Source: Gemmatimonadales bacterium (lineage in GTDB: Bacteria; Gemmatimonadota; Gemmatimonadetes; Gemmatimonadales; GWC2-71-9). Taken from it: a stretch of DNA of 64,000 bases. Below, piece after piece: positions 54,698 to 62,624 of this stretch (positions are counted from its first letter, which is position 1; each line of letters opens with the position of its first letter). The notes under the pieces were generated by a model. The model did not search any database. It worked only from the letters and a program-made list of their open reading frames with translations, and was not told where the DNA came from. Both the position numbers and the translations under genes were made by a program. The stretch is from positions 10,097 to 74,096 of the forward strand of contig DASQIZ010000097.1 in the NCBI GenBank assembly GCA_035631315.1, in the 5' to 3' direction.

Positions 54698-57600
54698 TTA
54701 GTTTTTTCCTCCCGGCTCCTGATTCCACCACCACATCCTCGGGAGCGCCACCTTGTCGGGCCACACCTGATCGAGCGTGTTGCCGTCGTACAGGCGGCCA
54801 TTCTTCATGACCGAGGCAATCTTCGTGGTGTTGTGGATGTCCTCGAGCGGATTGGCGTCGAGCACCACGAGATCGGCGAGCTTGCCGGGCTCGAGCGAGC
54901 CGAGATCCTGCTCCATCCCGATGGCGTACGCGCCGTCATGCGTCGCGACCCGGAGCGCCTCGAGGGGCGTCATGCCGCCCGCCACGAAGGCCCAGGTCTC
55001 CCAGTGGCACCCTTCCCCGTCGAACTGCCCGTGGCAGCCGATGCCGACATGGCCGCCGGCGCGGACGATCTTCGCCGCGCTGGCCGCGATCTGCTGGTAC
55101 ACGTACTGGTCATCCGCGAACCAGCCGGGCCGCCGCAGCGCCCGGTTGTCGATCTCGTCATGCGGGAAGAAGCGACGGATCTTCGGATCGTCGTGGATGT
55201 TGTAGTGCTCGTAGAAATAATTCTCGGCGAACGGACCGCCGTAGTTCACGAGCAGCGTCGGGTTGTAGTTGATCCCCGACTGCGCGATCAGCTGCACATC
55301 GTCGTTGTAGAGCGGCATGATGGGGTAGCTGTGCTCGTGCCCCGGATAGCCGTCCAGCGCCTCGGTCAGGTTCATCTTGAAATCGAGCCCGCCCTCGGTG
55401 GTGGGCATCAGGTGCAGCTCCTTCGCCGCCATGATCACCCACTGCCGCTGCTTCCGGTTTCCGGTCATGTACTCCTTGATGGTGTGCACGCCGTAGAACT
55501 CCGAGTAGCGCTTCAGGACGTTCTTGGCGTCATCCAGACTCTTGATGTCCTCGCTCCAGAACACGCCCGGGCCGGTGTGGTAGATCCGGGGACCGATGAT
55601 CTGGCCGGCCTCGACCATGTCGGCGTAGGTCAGCACGTCCGTGGTGGCGGTCTGCGGGTCCCGCGTGGTCGTCACGCCGAACGAGAGATTGGCGAGGTAC
55701 TTCCACACCTGGCTCGAGTGAATGCCCCACTCCGGCCAGGGGTGCGCGTGCGTGTCGATGAGGCCGGGGATAATGGTCTTCCCCGACAGGTCCATGACCG
55801 TCGCGCCGGCGGGCGTCGTGCACGTCCCCACGCAGGCGATGCGGTTGGCGGTGACCACCAGATCACCCTTCTCGATCACCTCGTCACCCTTCATGGTGAT
55901 GATGCGGGCGTTCTTGAGGACCACGGTCCCCTTGGGCACGTCCCGCGCCACCTTGATCGTCACATCCGTCCGCTCGGCTTCGTACGCGGGCTTCTTGTTG
56001 AGCGAGTCCACGCGCGCCTTGGCGACCGTGTCGGGCTTTCCGTTCGGCAGGGTGTCGCCCTTGAGGGACTCCGTGCGGAGCGAGTCCTGCACCACCTTGG
56101 CCTTCTCGAGCGAGTCGGCGACGGCGGGCTCATACCGGAAGAACGACCGGCCGATCGACCAGTGGACGTGCTTTCCGTCCGGCGCCCAGCCGACGAAATC
56201 GCCGCCGATGGTCGTGAGGCGCTTCACCGGGAAGGACGCCGAGCCCGGGTCGGAGATGTTGATGCTCGGGACGGTGCCACCGACTTCCGGCAGGGTCACG
56301 AGGTAGACGTTGTTCCCCGCGGCCGCCAGCACGCGGTCGGAATCGGGACTCATGATGATTTCGTCGGCGTTCTGCGGCTCCGAACCGGCCCCGGGGTAGG
56401 TGTACCCAGTCACCTTGATCCAATTACGGCGGTCGGTGCCGTCGAACCGCATCGAGACCAGCTCGTTGCCATCGTAGACGAACACGCGGTTCGGATCGCG
56501 GGCGAAATGCGGGCGGCCGCCGCCATCCACCCGGGTGATACGCGTGGTAGCGCCGCCGGCGGCGGGAATCCAGACCAGATCCTCTCCGGTGCCGCGGTGC
56601 TCGGTCTCGTGCGCCTGACGCGGACCCTTGTAGAACACGATCCGGTTACCGTCGGGACTCCAGGCGGGCTGTTCGTAGAAGCCCGGTTCGCTGGTCAGGA
56701 CCGCCGGCGTGCCACCCGTCGCCGACACTTTGCTCACCGTCCCGCTGGTGTCGGTCCACGTGATATAGGCGATCGACTTTCCGTCCGGCGACCACACGGG
56801 CTCCTGCTCGTGGACCGTCGCCCTCGTCAGCCGGCGCGGCGTGCCATTCGGGAGATCCATCACGTACAGCTTATCCAGCGCGCTGAAGACCAGGCGCTTG
56901 CCGTCAGGGGAGGGCGACGCGTCGCGGATCTGGTGCAGCGTGATCTCGCCCGTGTCCACGCGAAAATCGAACCGGACCAGGGGGCCGAGCTGCTGCTCGA
57001 CCTGGGCCGTGAACGGGATCGCGCTCACCTGCCCCGACGGGACTTCGACGCGCCAGAACTTGCCGCCGAACGTCGTGATGAGCGCCTTCGAGTCGGGCGT
57101 GAACGCCGAGTTGGGTTCGAGATCGCGGGTGAAGCGGGATTCCTGATCGTCGCGCGTGACGGGATAGACCAGCCATTTCTCGTCCCCCGTCGCGAGGTCG
57201 CGCAGGCGCAGGCCCGTCGCGGTATCGTGGCGCGTCGCGTAGATGAGCCACTTGCCGTCCGGCGACAGGATCGGACGCATCCCCGAGCCATCGACGTCGG
57301 TGACGCCGTTCGTCTGGCCGGTCTGCCGGTCGTAGACCGCGACCTGCCACTCCTGGCCACCGCCCTGGTTTTGGAGGTTGTACCCGAAGCCGCCGCGCTT
57401 CCGGGAGTAATACACGTAGCGCGGGTCGTTGCCGAAGGCCGCGCCCAACGCATTCACTTGCGGCGCGCCCGGCGCGGGCGTCCCCGCCTTGACCATCGCG
57501 GTGCCGGACCCGCCGTCCTTGTGATAGAGCCAGAGCTCGTAATCGGAACCGAGCACGCCGGACGTCCGGGACGCGACGATGTAATTGCCGTCGGGCGTGA

Positions 57601-58039
57601 ACACCGGCGACGCATAGAGGTTGTTGCTGCCCTTGGTCAGTGCCTTCGGGCGGCTCCCGTCGGCATCGCAGAGCCAGATGTTCTCCGCGCCGCTCCGGTC
57701 GGACAGGAAGACGATCTGTTTGCCGTCCTTCGACCAGCGGGGCTGAGAATCGAACGACGGACCCGACGTGATCCGCGTCGCCTTGCCACCCGTAATGGGC
57801 ATGGTGTACAGGTCCCCCACGAGCTCGAACACGATGGTCTTGCCGTCAGGCGAGACATCGAGGGACATCCAGGTCCCTTCGGACGTCGTGAACGAGACGG
57901 TCCGGGTCGTGGTGAGGGGGAGGTCGCCCTTCTTCTTGCCGGTATCGGCGGCAACTCGGCTATCTGGGACCGTGGCGACGGGAACGGTGCGGAACGGGAG
58001 CAGCAAAGCAGCCAGGGTGGCGGCCAGGAATCGGTACAT
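54698..58039 (-). CDS. Secreted TolB-like (PD40) beta-propeller + amidohydrolase fusion protein
   Basis: Start set at ATG 58039 (MYRFLAATLAALLLPF signal, GGAG RBS). Seven xSPDGK-type PD40 repeats (VSPDGKTIVF, LSPDGKWLIY, WSPDGKSIAY and others). Amidohydrolase motif GLIDTHAHPW. Confidence 0.8.
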   Translation of the reverse strand: MYRFLAATLAALLLPFRTVPVATVPDSRVAADTGKKKGDLPLTTTRTVSFTTSEGTWMSLDVSPDGKTIVFELVGDLYTMPITGGKATRITSGPSFDSQPRWSKDGKQIVFLSDRSGAENIWLCDADGSRPKALTKGSNNLYASPVFTPDGNYIVASRTSGVLGSDYELWLYHKDGGSGTAMVKAGTPAPGAPQVNALGAAFGNDPRYVYYSRKRGGFGYNLQNQGGGQEWQVAVYDRQTGQTNGVTDVDGSGMRPILSPDGKWLIYATRHDTATGLRLRDLATGDEKWLVYPVTRDDQESRFTRDLEPNSAFTPDSKALITTFGGKFWRVEVPSGQVSAIPFTAQVEQQLGPLVRFDFRVDTGEITLHQIRDASPSPDGKRLVFSALDKLYVMDLPNGTPRRLTRATVHEQEPVWSPDGKSIAYITWTDTSGTVSKVSATGGTPAVLTSEPGFYEQPAWSPDGNRIVFYKGPRQAHETEHRGTGEDLVWIPAAGGATTRITRVDGGGRPHFARDPNRVFVYDGNELVSMRFDGTDRRNWIKVTGYTYPGAGSEPQNADEIIMSPDSDRVLAAAGNNVYLVTLPEVGGTVPSINISDPGSASFPVKRLTTIGGDFVGWAPDGKHVHWSIGRSFFRYEPAVADSLEKAKVVQDSLRTESLKGDTLPNGKPDTVAKARVDSLNKKPAYEAERTDVTIKVARDVPKGTVVLKNARIITMKGDEVIEKGDLVVTANRIACVGTCTTPAGATVMDLSGKTIIPGLIDTHAHPWPEWGIHSSQVWKYLANLSFGVTTTRDPQTATTDVLTYADMVEAGQIIGPRIYHTGPGVFWSEDIKSLDDAKNVLKRYSEFYGVHTIKEYMTGNRKQRQWVIMAAKELHLMPTTEGGLDFKMNLTEALDGYPGHEHSYPIMPLYNDDVQLIAQSGINYNPTLLVNYGGPFAENYFYEHYNIHDDPKIRRFFPHDEIDNRALRRPGWFADDQYVYQQIAASAAKIVRAGGHVGIGCHGQFDGEGCHWETWAFVAGGMTPLEALRVATHDGAYAIGMEQDLGSLEPGKLADLVVLDANPLEDIHNTTKIASVMKNGRLYDGNTLDQVWPDKVALPRMWWWNQEPGGKN

Positions 58040-58330
58040 CGAGGCTCCGGAAATGGGGGTGACGGCGGCGGGCAAGAAACTGAAGCCGGCGAGGGGGGGC
58101 GTCAAGCAAAACGCCTCAGGAAACCCCTCACGGGGCTTGACAGAATCGTGACATCATATGATTCTTGGTGCCGAGCGAAGGGGCTCCGGCATGGTGCCGG
58201 GGTCGAAAGTACCAGACCGTCACAGGACCTGGGCATCGCCTATGGTCCTGTTCGTGTATCTGGGAGCTACATCCGACGCTCGACGGCGGCAAGTCCCGCC
58301 GGGTCATAACACATCAGGAGTCACACCAGT

Positions 58331-58540
58331 ATGGCACGCATCACCGGTACCGTGAAGTGGTTCAACGACGCGAAGGGCTTCGGCTTCATCACGCCCGAGA
58401 ACGGCGAAAAGGACTGCTTCGTGCATCACACCGCTATCCAGGCGGATGGTTTCCGTTCCCTCGCCGAGGGTCAGCGGGTCGAGTTCGAAGTCGTCCAGGG
58501 CGCGAAGGGCCCGGCCGCGCAGAACGTCATCAAGCTCTAA
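58331..58540 (+). CDS. cspA: Cold-shock protein (CspA family)
   Basis: [15 protein letters not shown] (RNP1) and CFVHH (RNP2). 69 aa, AGGAG RBS. Confidence 0.95.
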   Translation: MARITGTVKWFNDAKGFGFITPENGEKDCFVHHTAIQADGFRSLAEGQRVEFEVVQGAKGPAAQNVIKL

Positions 58541-58564
58541 GAACGCGCGGTACCACGAAGAAAA

Positions 58565-58598
58565 ACGGCGCCACCCTACGGGGTGGCGCCGTTCGTTT
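58565..58598 (+). terminator. Rho-independent terminator of cspA
   Basis: ACGGCGCCACCC-TACG-GGGTGGCGCCGT followed by TCGTTTCC. Confidence 0.7.
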
Positions 58599-58612
58599 CC
58601 GGGGCAGCAGTC

Positions 58613-59296
58613 CTAGAACCCCATCGCCCGTCGCTGACGCGGCGCCGGCTCCTGCGACCGCAAGACAATCCGCATCGCCGTGGTCTCCAGGTCGATATTC
58701 CAGAACCCGATCCGCGGCCGGATAAACACATCGTGATCGGTCACCGAGAGCGACTCAACCGTCGCGTCGAGAAACTCGAGCAGCCGCATCCGCATCTGCA
58801 GATACGTCACGCCCTCACGGTTCGCGGCGACGCGGATGCCGACTTCGTCATCCAGCTGCCGGCGCACGAACCCCTGCGCGACTTCCAGAAGGCGCTGCGC
58901 CACGAGACGGTCGAGCGCCGCGGTCTCCTGGTCCCGCTTGGTGGTGAACCGGCGATCGAGCTTCTTCGCCATGGCCGGCTCACACAACTCGAGCAGGAGC
59001 GCCCGGACCTTCGGGTCGGGACGCTTCTGCTTGGTGCCCAGCGCTTCCCGCTCGACCTTGGCGCAGGTCGGCAGATCGTTGCGGTGGAGCCGCAGAAACT
59101 TGGTCATGCGGTCGTACAAATCGGTTCGTCCCGGCGCCGGCGGTGCGCGGCGTCCCGCCAGAAGATCAGCGACATACTCCTCGGAGACCTGGACGGCTTC
59201 GGCCAACTCACGGGGAGAGCGCTTCAGTTCTTTGAGACGACGGCGGACCAGCTGAGAAACCTTGATGGGACGTTTGATCGGTGTCGCTGCAGGCAT
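58613..59296 (-). CDS. Hypothetical protein with N-terminal XRE-like helix-turn-helix
   Basis: LKRSPRELAEAVQVSEEYVADLLAGRR resembles an HTH_XRE motif. I do not recognise the remaining 170 aa. Confidence 0.45.
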   Translation of the reverse strand: MPAATPIKRPIKVSQLVRRRLKELKRSPRELAEAVQVSEEYVADLLAGRRAPPAPGRTDLYDRMTKFLRLHRNDLPTCAKVEREALGTKQKRPDPKVRALLLELCEPAMAKKLDRRFTTKRDQETAALDRLVAQRLLEVAQGFVRRQLDDEVGIRVAANREGVTYLQMRMRLLEFLDATVESLSVTDHDVFIRPRIGFWNIDLETTAMRIVLRSQEPAPRQRRAMGF

Positions 59297-59392
59297 TCAG
59301 TTCCCTCCGGTACGCGAAAGCCCGCTCCACGCATCAGCTTACGGGCGCGTGTGGGCGGGCCGCTGCCGGACGGAATATCACCAGACGAGGCT

Positions 59393-60040
59393 CTAAATGG
59401 TAGTGGGGGCATGACTTCCCCTATCCGGCAACGCCGAACGGCGTTTCGAGAAGAGAATCAGGGATCCCCCGAGGATGATCGCGGCGAAAGCGAACCACTG
59501 GATGATGTAGGACAGGTGAGGGCCGTCGGACAGGACCGGGAGGGGCCACCGCTGGATCGTGGGGTCCGGTGCCCGGTCCTTCGCGGGGGTCGAGTCGTCG
59601 ATGACCCAGGGGAGTCCTTCGTGGGCCATGACAATCCCCGCCACGACGGCACTATCCCCTTCCCGCCACCGGGACTGATCCACCTGCGCCGCGTCGGGAG
59701 ACGGGACCCACCCGCGATTCACCCAGACCAGCGCGCCACTCGCCAGCCGGAGCGGCGTGAGCAACGCGACCCCGGGCACGCCCTGGTAGGTCCGCCCGGT
59801 CCAGACTTTCTCCAAGGCGTAGTCATACGCACCGCTCGCCGTCACCCGCCGCCACTGGACGGAGTCGAGGGGCTCCGCCCCGGTCACCTCAAGAACCGGC
59901 GCGCGTTCACGGACCCGCACCTGGGCATTGTCCGCCCGCCGCTGGTGGAGGCGTGCGATCTGCCAGATCCCCAGGCGGACACAGACGACTGCGATGAGGA
60001 TCGCGACGATCAGACCGAAGACGTCCTTCCCGCGGCTCAT
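59393..60040 (-). CDS. SURF1-family cytochrome oxidase assembly protein
   Basis: N-terminal TM segment plus LGIWQIARLHQR, and a C-terminal TM segment (YIIQWFAFAAIILGG). Confidence 0.7.
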   Translation of the reverse strand: MSRGKDVFGLIVAILIAVVCVRLGIWQIARLHQRRADNAQVRVRERAPVLEVTGAEPLDSVQWRRVTASGAYDYALEKVWTGRTYQGVPGVALLTPLRLASGALVWVNRGWVPSPDAAQVDQSRWREGDSAVVAGIVMAHEGLPWVIDDSTPAKDRAPDPTIQRWPLPVLSDGPHLSYIIQWFAFAAIILGGSLILFSKRRSALPDRGSHAPTTI

Positions 60041-60291
60041 CCCCGCCTCCGGACCAGGGCCAACTTGTCCTGCCGGGTCAGCTTCTTGATGGCGGCCTCT
60101 CGGCGGAGCGCCGCGGAGCGATCGGGCTGGCGTTCGCGGTAGACGACACGGATGGGTAAGCGGGTGCGGACGTACGCACTGCCGGTGCCGGCACGATGAC
60201 TCGCCAGCCGCCGGTCGAGATCATTGGTGACACCGGTGTAGAGCGAGCCGTCACGGCAGCGTAACACGTAGACCAGCCACTCGCGGGACAT
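60037..60291 (-). CDS. GIY-YIG domain protein (84 aa)
   Basis: VYVLRCRDGSLYTGVTNDLDRRLASH...RE..IK matches the GIY-YIG core. Confidence 0.8.
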   Translation of the reverse strand: MSREWLVYVLRCRDGSLYTGVTNDLDRRLASHRAGTGSAYVRTRLPIRVVYRERQPDRSAALRREAAIKKLTRQDKLALVRRRG

Positions 60292-60317
60292 GGACGGAAG
60301 CTACAATTTCAGCCGCC

Positions 60318-61532
60318 GTGAACAACGCCCGTCCCGGTCGTCTGGCCCGCAATGGCCTGATCGTTCTCTCGCTGATCAATCTCTTCAATTATCTCGACCG
60401 CTATGTCGTCGCCGCGCTGACCGAAAGTCTCAAGCACTCACCGCTCCATCCCACCGATGCGGAGCTCGGGCTCCTGGGTACGAGCTTCCTGATCGTCTAC
60501 ACGCTCACGGCGCCGCTTTTCGGCCGCGCCGGCGACCGCGGCCCCCGCGCCCGCCTGCTCGGCATCGGCGTCTTCATCTGGAGCCTCGCGACGGCGGCCG
60601 CCGGCCTCGTCCAGAACATGTTTCAGCTGCTCGCCGCGAGGGCTCTGGTCGGCGTCGGCGAAGCCGCATATGGCACCGTAGGGCCAAGCCTGCTCGCCGA
60701 CTATTACCCGCGGGAACGGCGCGGTCGTGTCTTCGCGATTTTCTTCATGGCCATCCCGGTGGGGTCGGCCCTCGGCTTCGTGGTCGGCGGATTGGCCGAT
60801 CATCTGTGGGGATGGCGGTCCGCGTTTTTCATCGCCGGCGGTCCGGGGCTCATCCTCGCCCTGCTCGCCGCCCGGCTCTGGGACGCGCCGCGTGGCACGC
60901 ACGACGAGCCGACCGCCGCGTCGAGTGGCGACCTGTGGGCCACGCTCCGCGCGCTGTGGAACAACCGGCCCTACGTGCTCACCGTCCTGGGGTACGCCGC
61001 CTACACCTTCGCCCTGGGTGGGCTTGCGTACTGGATGGCGGGATTTCTCGAGCGCGTGCGGGACGTTCCGAAGACCACGGCAACCTCAGGATTTGGAGGG
61101 ATCGTCGTCCTCACCGGCCTGGCCGGCACCGCCCTCGGCGGCTGGCTCGGCGACCGGTTGCTCCATCGCACGCCGCACGCCTATCTCTGGTTGTCCGGAG
61201 TCGCGACGCTCCTCGCGGTTCCCTTCTTCGCCGCCGCGCTCCTGTCTCCATCCCCTTCGATATTCTGGCCCGCCATGATTGTGGCGCAGCTCCTGATGTT
61301 CGCCTCGACCGGGCCGATCAATTCGCAGATCGTCAACGTAGTCAATCCGGCGATCCGCACGACGGCGGTGGCGGTGAGCGTATTCACCATTCACGCCCTG
61401 GGGGACTGCTGGTCGCCTGTTCTCGTCGGGCTGGTTTCGGATCGCACGTCACTTTCTACTGCCGTCCTGGTGCTCCCGGCGGCGGCCCTGATCGGAGGCG
61501 TGATTTGGGTTTGGGGAGCGATGGATAGGTAA
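60318..61532 (+). CDS. MFS transporter (spinster-like)
   Basis: LINLFNYLDRYV, GRAGDRGPRARLL (motif A-like), about 12 TM segments. GTG start. Confidence 0.8.
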   Translation: MNNARPGRLARNGLIVLSLINLFNYLDRYVVAALTESLKHSPLHPTDAELGLLGTSFLIVYTLTAPLFGRAGDRGPRARLLGIGVFIWSLATAAAGLVQNMFQLLAARALVGVGEAAYGTVGPSLLADYYPRERRGRVFAIFFMAIPVGSALGFVVGGLADHLWGWRSAFFIAGGPGLILALLAARLWDAPRGTHDEPTAASSGDLWATLRALWNNRPYVLTVLGYAAYTFALGGLAYWMAGFLERVRDVPKTTATSGFGGIVVLTGLAGTALGGWLGDRLLHRTPHAYLWLSGVATLLAVPFFAAALLSPSPSIFWPAMIVAQLLMFASTGPINSQIVNVVNPAIRTTAVAVSVFTIHALGDCWSPVLVGLVSDRTSLSTAVLVLPAAALIGGVIWVWGAMDR

Positions 61533-61534
61533 GG

Positions 61535-61636
61535 CGTCGAGAAGCAAATCGTCAAGAAGCAGGGCGTCGAGAGACAAGACGTGAGCTTACGCCTTGCCTC
61601 TCGACGCATTGTTTCTCGACGGTTTGCTTCTTGACG
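61535..61636. repeat. 15-nt tandem/inverted repeat element, copy C (3 forward + 3 reverse units)
   Basis: Forward units CGTCGAGAAGCAAAT, CGTCAAGAAGCAGGG and CGTCGAGAGACAAGA. 12-nt centre. Reverse units CCTTGCCTCTCGACG, CATTGTTTCTCGACG and GTTTGCTTCTTGACG. Confidence 0.85.
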
Positions 61637-61644
61637 TCTTTCTT

Positions 61645-62073
61645 CTAGCCCAGCGTCGCGCTAACCGAAAAGCCCGGAATGCCCGCGAGTGCTCTGGATA
61701 CCGGGCATCCGGACTTGGTCTCGTTGGCGAGCTTTGCGAAGGTGGCTTGATCGATCCCCGGCACTTTTCCCTTCACCGTCAGGTCCATCTTCGTGATCTT
61801 CGGCCCGCCATCGATCATTTCGATGGTGCAGGCCGCCGTGGTCTCGATGCTGGTGGCCGGCGTGCCGTTCTTCTCGAGCGCCCCGGACAGAGCCATCGAG
61901 AAGCAGGCGGCATCCGCGGCGGCGAGGAGCTCCTCGGGATTCGTCCCGGGTGCGCCCTCGAACCGCGTCTTGAACGTGTACGGACCTTGAAAGGCTCCGC
62001 TCGCGGCCGTGAACTTGCCTTTCCCGTCCTTGAGCTTTCCGTCCCACATTGCAGTCGCTTTACTGGTCGGCAT
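61645..62073 (-). CDS. osmC: OsmC-family peroxiredoxin
   Basis: Start at ATG 62073 after AAGGAG. Cys motifs AACFSMAL and SGCPVSRAL. 142 aa. Confidence 0.85.
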   Translation of the reverse strand: MPTSKATAMWDGKLKDGKGKFTAASGAFQGPYTFKTRFEGAPGTNPEELLAAADAACFSMALSGALEKNGTPATSIETTAACTIEMIDGGPKITKMDLTVKGKVPGIDQATFAKLANETKSGCPVSRALAGIPGFSVSATLG

Positions 62074-62140
62074 TGTCAGAGTCTCCTTGGAGCGGTAGCC
62101 TAAAGCCCGTTTGCAACGTCCAACTTCAGAGGATACAGGA

Positions 62141-62623
62141 ATGGCTACCAAGAAATCGGCGAAACGGAAGCGGGCCCCTGCCAAGAAACGGTCGGCCGCG
62201 AAGGCGAAAACCCCCAAGCGCCCCCCGCGCCGTCAGCCCGAAACGCTCCGGTTCCGCGGCTGCTTCCCGGGCCTGACTGTGCACGATCTGCAACGCTCGA
62301 TCCGCTGGTACCGTGACGTCCTGGGCATGAACGAAGGACAGAAGTACGAGCACGAGGGCCAGGTCGTCGGGATCGAGATGGTAGCCGGGACGATCTCCTT
62401 CTATCTGAGTCAGGATGACTTCTCGCAGGGCCACGACCGCAAGAAGGGCATGGGCGTGCGATTCTGGGCCCGCACGGCGCAGGACATCGACATGCTGGCG
62501 ACCCGCGTGAAGACGAAAGGCGGGGCGATGGTGAAGGATGTCCACGACGTGGGTTGGGGGCCGCGCGGCTTCGCGATCGACGATCCGGACGGCTACCACC
62601 TGACGATTTTCCAGGAGGCGTGA
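62141..62623 (+). CDS. VOC (glyoxalase/bleomycin-resistance fold) protein with Lys/Arg/Ala/Pro-rich N-terminal tail
   Basis: LTVHDLQRSIRWYRDVLGM and FAIDDPDGYHLTIFQ are VOC-like. The tail is MATKKSAKRKRAPAKKRSAAKAKTPKRPPRRQ. Confidence 0.6.
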   Translation: MATKKSAKRKRAPAKKRSAAKAKTPKRPPRRQPETLRFRGCFPGLTVHDLQRSIRWYRDVLGMNEGQKYEHEGQVVGIEMVAGTISFYLSQDDFSQGHDRKKGMGVRFWARTAQDIDMLATRVKTKGGAMVKDVHDVGWGPRGFAIDDPDGYHLTIFQEA

Positions 62624-62624
62624 T

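Noticed and set aside
58138-58163. cspA promoter TTGACA ... TATGAT
   Set aside because: The hexamers are individually good, but the spacer is only 14 nt, so I did not call it as a feature.
54497-58309. 1270-aa plus-strand ORF
   Set aside because: It is the antisense shadow of the PD40/amidohydrolase gene (minus strand), which has seven PD40 repeats, the HAHPW metal site and a signal peptide. The plus ORF is Arg/Gly/Val/Asp-rich with no recognisable motif.
53116-61636. 15-nt repeats as a possible CRISPR array
   Set aside because: The units are contiguous with no unique spacers, only 15 nt long, arranged as inverted arms, and no cas genes are present.
53002-62103. ORFs reading through the repeat elements (53002..53235, 52920..53258, 54595..54810, 61391..61609, 61594..62103)
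   Set aside because: Their periodic peptides (RREALRREALRRE, LLDALSLDGLFLDAL) are simply 15-nt repeats read in frame. They overlap real gene ends and have no RBS.
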